DNA of 64,000 nucleotides from Sphyrna mokarran (GCA_024679065.1 JAGIQG010000010.1:75950001-76014000), one strand, 5' to 3'; shown: positions 1 through 12,505, counted from the first letter of the stretch. Notes: generated from the letters alone by a model not told the origin. Numbers and translations are program-made.

Positions 1-200
1 AAGTTGACCAAGTGTTCTTATCATGAAAATACAATCCAATAGGTTGTAGGAACCAAGTCACATGATGTGTTCGGAGTTATCCACTGAGCAGAACAGAGTG
101 CCAGGTGCTATTTTGATTAGTGAATCAAGCCAGGTAGAGCGATTAAACTGTAAAATTACAGTGGCATCCTTATGTTGCAATTGTTTATGCACTGGTAGCC

Positions 201-603
201 ATGAATAGCGAGGAACATTATTATGCCCCGGCTCAAATGTATAAAGAATCATGCGCTTATCAGCGATCACAAACCCAGGAATATAATCAAAGCCCACCAG
301 CATGTCTCTATGTAGGGAGACAGCCACAGACTTCATATTCCAACCCTTCCTTGGCAGGACTTGAACAAGGGAGTCCCGCTGACATCTCACCTTTCGAAGT
401 GCCTGCGATATCAGAGGACCCTACAATCTCGCATCTTCATCACCCCCAGCAACATCACCCTGACCCACACACCCACCAAGGGGCTTGCTTTGGGACCGGC
501 TCCGAAATGGGTACCTTGGATGAACACAGCAGAACTCACCTGCCCTTCCCGTGGATGAAGTCGACCAAGTCGCATGCCCACGCCTGGAAAGGGCAATGGC
601 CGG
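201..603 (+). CDS. PDX1: Pdx1 exon 1 (N-terminal activation domain and hexapeptide)
   Basis: [22 protein letters not shown]...[10 protein letters not shown] resembles the vertebrate Pdx1 N-terminus. It contains the [20 protein letters not shown] hexapeptide region. Donor G|GTAAGT at 603/604 (phase 1). Confidence 0.96.
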
Positions 604-3600
604 GTAAGTGTCCAGGGGCTCTGGAAGGTAATTATATTTCCTAATCATTGTGGGTTTTTTTTAAAAAAAAGATAACCCAAGAAAATAATTAAACTGCACA
701 TTAGGACATGGATGGACAGCATTAGATAACAAGGGCTAAACATCATTTATTACTATGGATATTTCTTTCTGGTTAATGCTATCGATATTATTGATATGTT
801 AACAGCTTATTGATGTTCCAATTATCATTGTTAGCAGAAGCAATGCCACTGATGGTTATAATATCAAGATCAATTAACACTTCAAGTTGTCAGTGGATAT
901 GATGATGACCATTATACCATACTTGCACCACATTAGACGACAAATCTGCATATACCTCTTTAAAATCAAAACGGTGTGTTTATAATTACAGCACTTCAAA
1001 CGAACTTGTTCCTGATCTCCTTAAACAAGACTAATCCTACAGGTCAAACTGCTGTTGAGACGGCAGCACTGACAATACACGCGTCACTTTTTTTCATTTT
1101 TATGCATCACATCTTTTAATAATCAAAATTTCACTAACAAACCAACGTGGTTATAATCAAATCTGGTTGAGAAAATAATTCCATTAATCAAGATTTCCAA
1201 TGCCATTCTGAAACTGAACCCAGTCGGATTGAATGTAAAATTGATGTCGTTTTGTGACGGGATTTGGAACACGGACTTCCTTTAAAAAAAAGGCTGTAAA
1301 CGTTGTCGAAAGTTATCAAGCAAATGCTTGGCACCGTACGAAACACGTGGTAATATTTAAGTTGGACTATAACCGGACATCTCAGTTTGGAAAGAAAAGG
1401 GGGATCTGTTCCAGAGAAATGTCTTCCTCGATTTGGGTCTGTTAGTTGTTACTGAGGAATTGGAACCTAACTTCGGTGGGACACTTCGGAAGCAGGCAAA
1501 CGAACCAGATCTGCGGTTTTGGTTGCGTGCATAAGAGCCGCGTTAAATTAGTTTTTTAATAAAACGTCCATTTTCAAAACGCGAGACATGTCTCGTGTTT
1601 GGTAACATATTAAAATCTCATTAGGACAAACTAGAAATTGAATTCAGAGGCAAATCGCAGGGCATCCGGGTGATGATGTGATTGCTGGTCATAAAGGGAT
1701 TCTATATGTGTATAATTACTCTAGATTTGTTTGCATCAAGTCATAAAAGTGAAATCGCCGTCCATTACATAACCAAATATATGTGGACTGGAATCGAAGT
1801 CTCAACAAATGCTAAGCATTTCACCAAACATGTAAGTGGAGTTGTTAATTCTCCACGCCTGAAGCACTTGCGTGCTCACAGCAGACAGCCTCGTTAAAAC
1901 ACATGCAATAATTGTCACCTCCCTGGTATAAATTACGTACCTCAGAAATGATGTATCACTTTTAAAAAATTTTTTATTCATTTATTCATTTTAATGCTGC
2001 CTTTTTAGCACAAATGTAATCAGTAACCAGCAAATAGAGGGCCATCAGCATTGTTCCAGGAAACATTTTGCCTTTTTAAAATTTATATTTATCTGTCAAA
2101 GATTGATTTCTTTTGCTTTCGGAATCAAACTGTTGTTTTTCTTTCTTCTGTCAGATTGCGAGTGGGTTCTATTTCTGTAGCATTTACGATTCCGCCCGTC
2201 CCCTCCCCCCTACCCCCGTCATTAAAGTGAAACTTGAATCACAAGAACAACCAATTTCCAACAAGTAATTGGGAATGTTACAAGCAGCGTTAATATGCCT
2301 GGCTTACACATTGAGAACCCAATTTCTAGTCAATTCTAAAAATCAATTCTTTAAAAATGAAAAGTGGTCAGTAGACTTGTATTGCCAATTTGATAATGAT
2401 AGTGCCGTGGCCGTTCAGCATTTGGATTAGTTGATCAGAAGGCTGGACATTGTACATTTTACAACAAGTAAAATATGAGTCAAATCAGACATTTGGGGGC
2501 GATTCTATGAATTGCTTAGCGGGGTAACAAGAACGGCATCGAGCAATATAAATAAATAATCTGAAAAACATCATAACACTTTTCCTAACACGTTAGAAAA
2601 GCCAGGAACAGGAGCAGGCCATTGATTCGCTGGAACTTGCTCCAGATTCAGTTCAGCTGATCCGTACCTTAATTCCATTTACCACCTCTTCCTTATTCCT
2701 TAATACATTGATATTCACATTCACATTTGACATCGAAGCTCTGAAAGCTCTAGATGTCCCGGAACAGGTTTCCTTTGGGAAATGCCAGATCTCCACAACT
2801 CTTGCATGCTGCTTCCTGATCTTACTCTGAAATGATCTGCCTGCAATTTTAAAGTTATGTTCCCTTTGTGATTACTTCACCATAGCTGCTAATCCTTCGT
2901 ATCGCGTCCTTCTAACATTTTAAATAGTTCGATCAGACAAAGCCTAAATTTTCAGCCGATAGTTATACGCGACAGTTAATAAATGCTATCTATAAGCGGC
3001 AAATAATTCCGCGAGCTGGAAGCCGACGCTATCGGGCAACAGTAAATAAATGTATTCGCGTGCATGTTCAGACCTTCCTTGTGACATTGAGAATGAACGA
3101 CTTCATAAAAGCGTGAAGTCGATCAGGTTAGACCACCAGCACTTTATCGGTGAAATACCTTAATTGGGCGCAGAGTGATCGCGCTCGGCTTCACATTACG
3201 CCGCTGCACAATTTACGGCTGAGTTGAATGAACCTTTGTCTTTGAACATAGTCACCCCCTTGAATCAGAATATCAAGAGTTTTCAAGGAGCAAATATCAG
3301 TTTCTGGAGCCAAACAGTCATTTCCCCATGGAAAACACGAATTCAGAGGGAGGGTAAAGCTCGTTTTAACTAAACCAAGTAAGACAAATTCTAACCCACA
3401 GTTATATGAGGAAAATTGCTGATGGTTCAATTAAACACGTTTCATTTTTGCGGTGGTTTTATTTTCTAACGTGCAGCTTTTGGTCATCTCTACATATCCA
3501 CACTGGCGGGTCGTCATTCAAAAGGCCATCGCCTGGCTTTGAAGAGCAAGACAGCCTCGCCCGGCTTTCTAATTGTACAAGTGAAATATTGTGCTTAGTT

Positions 3601-4662
3601 TATAGAATCACATTTATTGAATCTCACTCATTTTATTACAATTCAATGTACACGTGTGGGCGTATACTCGGTCAGCAGAATGGATTCACGAACACTCTAG
3701 ACATTTTAAATGTATTTTATATTTAAATATATAGTCCTTTTCAATGACAGAATTAAATTTGATATTGATCATGCCTCATTAATTTGGATCGATTCTTATT
3801 AAAAATAATTTCCCTTTACAACCCAGAATAGAAAGAGACAGATGTATGCTGCAAAGTGTAATTTACAATGTATTAATTATACTGAAACGGCAGCAACTGA
3901 CAACAGTTGTAAGTCTTGACATTGGATTACGAATTTAACTTCATACATTTTTCATTCAACCTGCATTACAATCATTTCTAAATATATATGAGAAAACGAG
4001 TGCATTTAGGTAACAATGTAGCACTGTTCAAGAATCGTACGATTTAAAGCTATTTGGTGATTACTTTTTTTATTATTAGTGTTCACAAATAAGCTCACAG
4101 TAATACTGCGATGAAAATTCCCTAATTGTTATTTTCCTCGATTTATCTTTAACTGTTTGGGAAACTATGTTGTGATTAGCGAGATCATTCATGCACTCTT
4201 TCCAAACTGGAACCGCACAGGAGTTAATCGCAGCGAAAAAAAACTTCACGCATGTCCCTGTTAGACGGTGCGCCAATTATACATTAGCACAAACTTCCCA
4301 ATTAAATATCTTTCTCGTGTTTCAATTATTTATGGTGAAATCCGCATCTGCATTCATTCAAATTCGGTCTAGACATATCCGAAGTTACCCAAAAATGCGT
4401 CCGTTTTGAGATGTGGTATAAGTATATTATTATTACACAGTTAAGCTTAAGGAGACCCAGGCACTTGGCAGCTTTTCGGGATATTCCATGAGGCGATTCT
4501 GTGTGACTGGTTTCATGTCATTTCACCGTTTAAATCAAGTTCAAATGAAAAAAAAGTGCGATGGTCGCTGGAATTTAATTCTGAATCCGCGAACTATCTA
4601 AACGATCACAAACTGCACCGATCCGGTTCTGCCATGAAATATTTTGGAATGTAGAAAGTTTC

Positions 4663-5045
4663 AGGGCGGCACGGTGGCACAGTGGTTTAGCACCGCTATC
4701 TCACAGCGCCAGGGACCCAGGTTGGATTCCCTACTTGGTGGAGTTTGCACTTTCTCCCGTTGTCTGAGTGGGTTTCTTTCGGTGGCGAACACACCAGGAG
4801 TGGGCTGCAGGAGACTACAGGAGACTAGCCAAGGTGGAGAGTAGGCTGCGTGGCAAGAATCATTGAAACGCACAACAGACTTTCCTGTCAGTGACTCTGC
4901 GTTTCCTCCCACAGTCCAAAGATGTGCAGGTTAGTTGCATTGGTCATTCTCCTCTGTGGACCTGAGTGTGGCAACTAGGGGATTTTCACAGTAAGTTCAT
5001 TGCAGAATGGATATAAGTCTACTTGTGACTAATAAGTAATAAGTA
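4663..5045 (+). mobile_element. HE1-like tRNA-derived V-SINE in the Pdx1 intron, interrupted by a ~110-bp insert
   Basis: Head GGGCGGCACGGTGGCACAGTGG...GGTTGGATTCC (A/B boxes) and V-domain GGAGTTTGCAC...GTTTCCTCCCACAGTCCAAAGATGTGCAGGTTAG. Tail GGGGATTTTCACAGTAAGTTCATTGCAG...CTACTTGTGAC followed by TAATAAG repeats. Confidence 0.85.
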
Positions 5046-5278
5046 AACGTTCATGCCCTTTTCACAATAGTTTTCTCCTTTCCGCTGGAATAACCAACCT
5101 TTCACACTGCAGGGAGCTTGGTGTGTGCGGTTTTCGCTCTGGTTGGACTGAAATATTTCTAATTACGATAGGAATAACGCAGAATCGCTGACAATAGTGT
5201 TTGTTGTGTGTTTCAATGATTCTTGCCACGCAGCCTCCTTTCCTTCCACCTTGGCTAGTCTCCTGCAGTGTGTTCGTT

Positions 5279-5418
5279 TTGTATTTGCCTGACGAAGACA
5301 CAAGAGTGTTGAAAGCTCGCAATTATACTATCAAATAAATCGGTTGGATTTAAAATTGGTGTTGCTAAATTCTTACTGAGTTCTTACCACCCCAGTCCAA
5401 CGCCGGCATCTTTACATC
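5279..5418 (+). mobile_element. Solo Penelope-like terminal repeat (pLTR) fragment with an 11-bp TSD
   Basis: Nearly identical over ~95 bp to the 3' end of the Penelope element at 16412-16508. Flanked by the direct repeat GTGTGTTCGTT at 5268-5278 and 5419-5429. Confidence 0.88.
5281..5328 (+). ncRNA. Minimal type I hammerhead ribozyme motif (Penelope-derived)
   Basis: Stem I TTGC/GCAA (extendable GTAT/ATAC), core CTGACGA (5289-5295), stem II GACAC-aaga-GTGTT, GAAA (5311-5314), minimal palindromic stem III AGCT, predicted cleavage after C5318. Confidence 0.75.
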
Positions 5419-5864
5419 GTGTGTTCGTTCTCCCAGTGCTTAGTGTGGGGCAAACCGACACTGCCCCACATGGTTTGAAAAGATCAATTTCTGGGGAAGT
5501 GCACATGATTCCCAAAATGATTTACACAAACGGGAAAGGGTCGGGAGGGGTGGGGGGAGTGCTGCCTGCTGTGCTTTTGAACTGCGTTAATCGCAGGGCG
5601 TTCTCAGCATTTCAATAGTGGTTTGAATAGCTAGGATTAATGGATGGGAAAATGCAAGTTTCCAGCGTGCCCTTAATCTCATTTAAACTATGCATTTGCT
5701 TAATAACAGGTGTAGGTTAGCCAGAATATCGTGTTTAATTCGTTTGGCTGAATATTGTTCGTTGATTTTATTTTTCATACTTTCTGCCGCAACGAGGCGA
5801 AAAAAAATGCAGCTATTGAAAGCTGTACTGAAAGCGGTTGTTGATGCTTTCTCTGTTTTTTTAG

Positions 5865-6268
5865 GGAGTTCCTTCATGGTGGAACAGGAAGAAAATAAGC
5901 GCACGCGCACTGCTTACACCCGGGCTCAGTTGCTGGAGTTGGAGAAGGAATTCCTCTTCAATAAGTACATCTCCAGACCCCGCAGAGTGGAGCTAGCTGT
6001 CATGTTAAACCTCACCGAGAGGCACATAAAGATCTGGTTCCAAAACAGGAGGATGAAGTGGAAAAAAGAAGAGGATAAGAAAAGAGCTAGGAGTGGCGCC
6101 CCCGAACAGGACTCTGTGGTCTCCTCTGGAGATCTCAAGGAGGATGTGTGCGCTCCCAATAATCCGACTGGAAGAGAGTTACTGTCTGTCGGGGTCTCCT
6201 CTTCACAACCTGCCTCTTCCCTAAGGAGCCAAGGTACGGCTACTAGAGACTCGATGAAAAATTCCTAA
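5865..6268 (+). CDS. PDX1: Pdx1 exon 2 (homeodomain and C-terminus)
   Basis: Acceptor ctctgtttttttag|GG (phase 1) joins exon 1 in frame (403+404=807 nt, 268 aa). Homeodomain [58 protein letters not shown] with the Pdx-specific His. C-terminal EQDSVVSSG resembles the Pdx1 SPOP-binding region. Linkage to Cdx2 and URAD favours Pdx1 over Pdx2. Confidence 0.96.
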
Positions 6269-6721
6269 ACTCAAACTTGCCAGAACACTTAACAACATCA
6301 CACCACTTAGATCATTTCAATTGGAATTTAACAAGATTCAAGGTTTTAAATTAACTGGATAGGCTGAAGACTCCCGTTAGAATTAGCAACAAATACGCAG
6401 CATTCAGTGACAGCAGCGACATCGACTTAACATTTGTCATTTACTTGTTTTACATTTTGCAATTATAGTCGGAATATAATAATATATTGGAAAGAAATGT
6501 TTACATTCCAGCGAGTGAAAGATGGCTGCGATTGCTCAGAAATAAGAAAACAAGATATTCATATCAGGTTATGTTTGTGTTGTTTCGATTTTATGTATCA
6601 ACAGTAGACAATTATTTTTATTTCGTCTCGTGTTAATTATAATGGAATTATTAGTCAGTGAATAATCTGCATTGTACATTTCCTTCCAGCGGTAGAACCT
6701 CAAGTGCTGCCTCTGGTTACA

Positions 6722-6967
6722 AATAAAAACCACATATTTGGAATAAAAACAAAATGTGCTGGAAATATATATATATTAGAAGTTGTATATGTACAAATAT
6801 TGCCGTGCTCTGTATATTGTTTTAATGTTGTGTGTGTTTTCCATCAGCGCATGTTGTTTTAATCCCGCCTGAAAAGCAAACTGTTACCTTCACTGCTACA
6901 TCTTGTTGTACATTGTATGGCGATTCTATCGTATCTATCCGCAGATCTTAAGAACTATTTCAATAAA
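6722..6967 (+). terminator. Candidate Pdx1 polyadenylation signals
   Basis: AATAAA at 6722, 6742 and 6962, downstream of an AU-rich 3' UTR. Which one is used cannot be determined. Confidence 0.5.
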
Positions 6968-7509
6968 GGAAAAAGACCCTCCAAAACTGGTGTTCACCAA
7001 ATGTATGCGGGAATGGGCATGTCTGACAAAATTCCATTCATTAAAGTATCAAAATGAAACGTTCTCCCCCCCTTCTTAGACAATCGAACGACACGAAAAC
7101 TAGGGGTAAGTCTTCAGCATCACCTTTAAAATATACGTTCCCTTCCTCCTTGAACCAATACCTCCAGAGCAGGATTGTAGATCGCCAATATAGCAGATCA
7201 ACTCTCTCACTGTCCGTCTGTCTGTCTAGGATTGTCAAACTAATGGCGGATTTATCACCATCAATAATAAAGTTGAGACTGAAGAGCTTCATTTCACTTA
7301 GGAACCTTACAGTAAACAGAAAGGGAACCTTTTATTATCTTCGATTGGATTGGATCAAATTCCAAAGCTAGAATTCAAATTACAAACTAGAGTTCAAATC
7401 CGTTACTATATATCACCCATTGAAATAGATTTGGATGGAATAATCGTTTTTTTAATATGTGGGCAATTGATATTTACAACATAGGGCCACGTTTTATTGA
7501 AAGTCATTG

Positions 7510-7870
7510 CCAGAAGGAGACTTTATGAAGGTATTCAAGATTCTGAGGTGTATGGACAGGGCAAATAGTGAGAAGCTGTTCCTTCTCAAGGAAGCATCAA
7601 GAACTATACATTCAAAATATTGGCAAAAGAATAAAAATTAAGTGAGGAATTTCTTTCACAGAGACTGAAATGAATTTTATATGAGTGTGGTTGAAGCAGG
7701 TTCGACTGAAGCATTCAAAAGGGAATTGGATTGCTATCTGAAAATACAAACAACAAGGGTCCCACAAATGATCCCTGGGATACTCCACTGATGACTGACT
7801 TCCATACACAAAAAGACCCATCTTTTTGACTCATCAGGCTGAATGGACTCCTTCTGCACTGTGACCATTG
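7510..7870 (+). mobile_element. Decayed CR1-like LINE 3' fragment
   Basis: GGAGACTTTATGAAGGTATTCAAGATTCTGAGG...GACAGGG...AAGCTGTTCC...TTTCTTTCACAGAG pattern and tail GGCTGAATGGACTCCTTCTG. Confidence 0.6.
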
Positions 7871-8251
7871 AAACTTGCTGTATCTTGTAAACAATTTAAG
7901 ATTTACTTGAAATGTGTTTTTTATGGAATGTGGGCATCCAGCATTTATTGCCTATCCTTGCCCTTGAGAAGGTATTGGTGAGCTGCCTATTTAACGTGCT
8001 GCAGTCCATCGAATATGTGTAACTCCACAGTGCTGAAAGGAAAGGTATTCCAGTATCTTGAACAGTGAAGGAACAGTGATGTAGTTGCAAGACAGAATCG
8101 GATGTTTGACTTGGAGAGGAATTTGCAGTTGGTAGTATTCCCATGTGTCTGCTGCCCTTGTCCTTCTAGGTGGTAGAGTTTGCAGACTTGAAATGTCCCA
8201 TTAAATGAGATTTACTGAGTTGCTGTAGTATATTGAATGTATTCAAGAGGT

Positions 8252-8985
8252 AGAACATAGAACATTACAGCGCAGAACAGGCCCTTCGGCTTTCGGTGTT
8301 GCGCCGACCAATTAACAAAAAGCAATAACCCTCTAACCTAAACCATTCCCTTTTCATCCATAAGCTTATCTACTAACCTCTTAAACGCCACCAAACTTGG
8401 CGCATCTACAACTGCAGCAGGCAGGGCATTCCATACCCTTACCACCCTCTGGGTAAAGAACCTACCTCTGACATCCGTCCTATAACTACCACCCCTTAAT
8501 TTAAAGCTATGTCCCCTCGTGCTAGCTTTCTCCATCCTAGGAAAAAGGCTATCACTGTCCACCCTATCTAAACCTCTAATCATCTTATATGTTTCAATAA
8601 GGTCTCCTCTTAGCCGCCTTCTTTCTAACGAAAACAACCTCAAATCCCTCAGCCTCTCTTCATAAGACCTGCCCTCCATACAGGCAACATCCTGGTAAAC
8701 CTCCTCTGTACCCTCTCCAATGCCTCCACATCTTTCTTATAATGCGGGGACCAGAACTGCACACAATACTCCAAGTGCGGCCGCACTAGAGTTTTGTACA
8801 GTTGCAACATGACGTTGCGGCTCCGAAATTCAATCCCCCTACCAATAAAAGCTAAGACTCCATATGCCTTCTTAACAACCTTATCGACTTGATTGCCAAC
8901 TTTCAGGGATCTATGCATATATACACCAAGATCCCTCTGTTCTTCAACGCTATTAAGAGTCCTACCATTAGCTCTATGCTCTACA
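8252..8985 (-). mobile_element. CR1/HER1-like LINE 3' portion (ORF2 C-terminus, one frameshift)
   Basis: QRDLGV...LYKTLVRPHLEYCVQFWSPHYKKDVEALERVQRRFTRMLP followed by YEERLRDLRLFSLERRRLRGDLIETYK...FFTQRVVRVWNALP. Ends in a short repeat tail. Confidence 0.93.
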
Positions 8986-9019
8986 CATTTGTTATTCCTA
9001 GCTATAGCACTTGGGGCAA

Positions 9020-9160
9020 ATGGGATCATAGATTATGGGGAGAAAGCAGGATTAGGCTATTGAGTTGGATGATCATCAATGATTGTAATGAATGGCGGAG
9101 TAGGTTCAAAAGGCCAGATGGCCTCCTGCTGCTCCTATCTTCTATATTTCTATGTCTTGT
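9020..9160 (+). mobile_element. CR1-like 3' tail fragment
   Basis: GATTATGGGGAGAAAGCAGG...GAATGGCGGAGTAGG...GGCCAGATGGCCTCCTGCTGCTCCTAT, similar to the tail at 29350-29470. Confidence 0.6.
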
Positions 9161-9369
9161 ATATAATATATACTGTGATGTATTACGGGGGTGGAAGGAA
9201 TGAATAAGTGATGATGGGGGATTGAACAGATGTGCTTCTTTGCCCTGGAAAATGTTGAGCGTCTTGAGAGTTGTCAGAGCTGCATTAAAGTAGTTAAGAG
9301 GAGAGAGTGATGGAAGAATCCATTGCACTCCTGGCCTTTCCCATGGATAATGGACTGGCTCCTGGTGAT

Positions 9370-10130
9370 CAGGAGATGAGTTACTCAAAATTTCCAGCTT
9401 GTGATTGGTACAGTTCAGATTCTGGTCAAAAGTAACCTCCTGGACGTTAATGAGGGATTCAGTGATGGTTATGTGATTGAATATTCAAGGGAAATATTTA
9501 GATTCTTTCTTGTTAGAGATGGCCATTGCCTAATACTTGTGTGGTGTAATTGTTACTTGCTACTTATCAATGCAAGCCGGAATGTTAACCAGATCTTGCT
9601 GCATAGTAGCACAGACTGCTTCAATATCTGAGAAATGATGAATGGTGCTGAACATTGTACAGTCATCAGCAAACACTCTAGTCTTTGCAGTATTTGGAGC
9701 TTCAGCCATTTGTTAATATCATGAGAAGTAAATCAAATTGCCTGAATAGTGGCATCTGTAATGCCGAGGATCTCAGGTAGAGGCCAAGATAGATTATCTA
9801 CTTTTGAATTTCTAGATGAACTTAGGACTTTAGTATTGATTTGTTGAGCTCCACTATAATTAAGGATGGGAACATTTGTGAAGGCTCCTCCTCCTATTAG
9901 TTGTTTAGTTGTCCATCACCATATATACCTGATTGTAGCGAATGTTTATTTCTGACCTTTTCTGCTGTTTGACATTTAGAACTGTGCTGTAGCTTCATCA
10001 GGTGGACACCTTTTTGGTTATTGCACCTGGCATGTACCCCTGCAGTCTTCTTTGAATCAGGGTTTATTCCTTGGCTTGATGGTGATGGTAGATTGAAGGA
10101 TACATCAGGTCATGCTGTTAGAGATTGTAG
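9370..10130 (-). mobile_element. Decayed CR1/L2-clade LINE fragment
   Basis: Reverse-complement similarity to the LINE at 31.3-32.5 kb (GGAGGAGGAGCCTTCACAAATGTTCCCATC; TTTGCTGATGACTGTACAATGTTCAGCACC, an FADD-type motif). Confidence 0.55.
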
Positions 10131-11169
10131 TTAGTTGAAGACTGTTCTGGTGCCATGAGGCTGATCAGATTTTCAAAATTCAAAACCAGGATATATTGAA
10201 GTGGCTGGGCTCCATTATGATGCACATGTTAGACGATCAATGGCAAGTGTCTGAAAGAGAGGTGGTTGAAAATAAGAAGTTATGTGATGACACCTCCTGG
10301 AATATGTCCAGCCAAAGCTAGCAACTGTATTAGGAAACCCAACACAAATATCTTCATGGAATGTTCCCAATATTTATTCAAATTCATTGTAACAATGATT
10401 GTCTATATCACACCATCTTACTGAGATAGACACTGGTGAGGAAAATGGGGCCATATCTACAGTTAGTAGACAAGAAGGATTTTCCATCAATAATTTCTGG
10501 CTGGGAAATCACAGAATTTAATCCATTATATCATTGGTATGGCATATGAGGATTCAGTTTGGAATGAATATTTACTATGGATCATGAGTATTTGGTTGAA
10601 CTCATGAGTTAGAAGATGGAATATGGGAAATTGATGCTCTTCGTCCTGGAGGTGAGTTCTGATGTGGGTGGTGGGGTGAGGGAATGGAGATGTAACCTTT
10701 GTTTGATTGGGCAGGATGGCTAGTCATCCCACAGTGGTAGGAGGAACAGTATTCCACATCTTCACAATGCAATTGTAGAAGCTGAGCCCACTAATTATAA
10801 CCCAATGTACTGCAATGCAGTGATGTTAGGGTCAGCAAGCAGGCAGAATTCCCAGGCTTTAATGCAATGCGAAAGAATTTGGGGGATTTGAAGTGTGGAA
10901 TAATTTGGATTGTAGAGCAATTTAGAGCGTGAAGGGCAAGTAAAAGAGTAGGGATCCAGGAGAGGAAGTGGAGAGACATTAAAAATAGACAAAATAAAAG
11001 TTAAAGTTCTGATGGAAATCTCTGATATGGTTCATTTAGGGAAAAATCAAAAGGAAATCAGGACTGTCCTGCAAAACCTGGGACATCTGGTCATCTAACC
11101 TGCAGAACTTCATGGATGTCCAATTTTGAGCTGCTAATTCTGAATCTATCCCAGTAAGTGCAGTGTAGC

Positions 11170-11510
11170 ACAACATAAGACTAGTAATCCAGAGACCCAG
11201 GGCAAGATCTGGGGACCCAGGTTCAAATCCCACCATAGTGAACCATCTATCTTCAACTGCCCCTCTCTCAGATGGTGACATTTGAATTCAATAAAATTTA
11301 AAATTGTAATGATAACCATGAAGCCATAATCAATTGTCTTAAAGACCCATCTTTTTCACTAATGTCCTTTAGGGAAGCAACTTCGCCATCCTTACCTAGT
11401 CTGACCTAAATTATTCCAGGTCCACAGCACTGTGGTTAACTCTGAAATGGGGATGAGCAACAAATGCTGGCCCAGTGATACTTACGTCCCTTAAGTGAAT
11501 AAAAAAGTAG
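11170..11510 (+). mobile_element. tRNA-derived SINE, second family (core TTTGAATTCAAT...CACTAATGTCCTTTAGGGAAG)
   Basis: B-box GGTTCAAATCC and an A-rich end. Related copies at about 12600-12870(-), 27190-27350(+), 29680-29760(-), 58420-58740(-), 59680-59998(+) and 62570-62910(-). Confidence 0.7.
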
Positions 11511-12194
11511 AGGATATGCTCAGTGTGAAGATGGGTCTTTGTCTTCACAAGGAATGTACAGTGCTCATTCATACAAATACGATCATGGGTATACACATCA
11601 GTGACAGATTGGAGAGATAATCTCTAGTAGGTTTTTTCCTTTTGTTGGTTCCTTCACAAGCTATCACAGGCCCAGTCTGGCAGATAGTCCTTCAGGGCTG
11701 ACCAAGTTGGCCAAGTAATGGGGCTATTGAGTCACACTTAGTGATAGACATTGAAGCATCTCACCCTAAGTATATTCTGTGCCCTTGCTACCCTGTTACT
11801 TCCAATTGGTATTAATCAGCAAGAGAGGGAGTTAGACAACAATCAGCAAGAGGTTTCCTTGCCCATGTTTGATCTAATGGTATGAGTCTTCATAACATCT
11901 GAAGTCAATCTTGAAGACTCCCAGGGAAATCCCTCCTGAGGGTATACCATTGCGCTATTTCAGAGGCACAGAGCAAACCCAGGGTGGGTGATGATCCTGT
12001 TTGAGTCTTTGACTGCAAGCTATGACTGTGTCATGCTAGTTGACTGGTCTGTGAACAGCTCTCCCAATTTTGGCACAAACTATCAGGTGTTAGTAAGGAA
12101 AACTTCACACTGTAAACAGGACTGGCTTCACTGTTACAATAAAGGCAAAATGCCGTATAAGATTTTGGAACAAGATTCCAAAATTTTGTTTTGG

Positions 12195-12505
12195 AATCTA
12201 AAACAAAAACAGAAAATACTGGAGGAACTCAACAGGTCTGACAGCATCTGTGGAGACAGAATACAGTCAACATTCCAGGTCAGGAGATCCTTCAACAGAG
12301 CTGAAGGCAAAGAAAAACAGACAATATTTATACTGTGAATGTGGAATTGGGGGTGGATGGTGGCGATTCGGGGAGAAGGCCCCTTGTATCTTTGTCTTCA
12401 GCTCTCACCAAAGGTCATCCAGACTCAAAACAATAGTTCTATTCTCTCTCCACAGATGCTGTCAGAGCTGCTGAGTTTCTCTAGCATTTCCTGGTTTTGG
12501 TTCTG
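12195..12505. mobile_element. Inverted pair of non-autonomous Penelope-type terminal repeats
   Basis: AACAGAAAATACTGGAGGAACTCAACAGGTCTGACAGCATCTGTGGAGA on the left and its reverse complement TCTCCACAGATGCTGTCAGAGCTGCTGAGTTTCTCTAGCATTT on the right. The same family occurs at about 18930, 23370-23530, 37105-37405, 39240-39570 and 51815-51915. The Penelope assignment is from recall of shark repeats. Confidence 0.65.

Noticed and set aside
30-200. Pdx1 proximal promoter motifs (CCAAT at 36, TCACATGA at 58)
   Set aside because: Plausible but too short to call, and the upstream context is outside the window.
4663-4735. tRNA genes at SINE heads (also about 35630 and 63925)
   Set aside because: The A/B boxes run into SINE body sequence (V-domain visible at 4.7 and 35.7 kb), with no full cloverleaf.
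5690-5864. N-terminal extension of the 192-aa homeobox ORF
   Set aside because: Intronic read-through upstream of the acceptor at 5864/5865.
201-6268. Assignment as Pdx2, the paralog retained in cartilaginous fish
   Set aside because: The N-terminus and C-terminal motif are Pdx1-like, and the gene is linked to Cdx2 and URAD.
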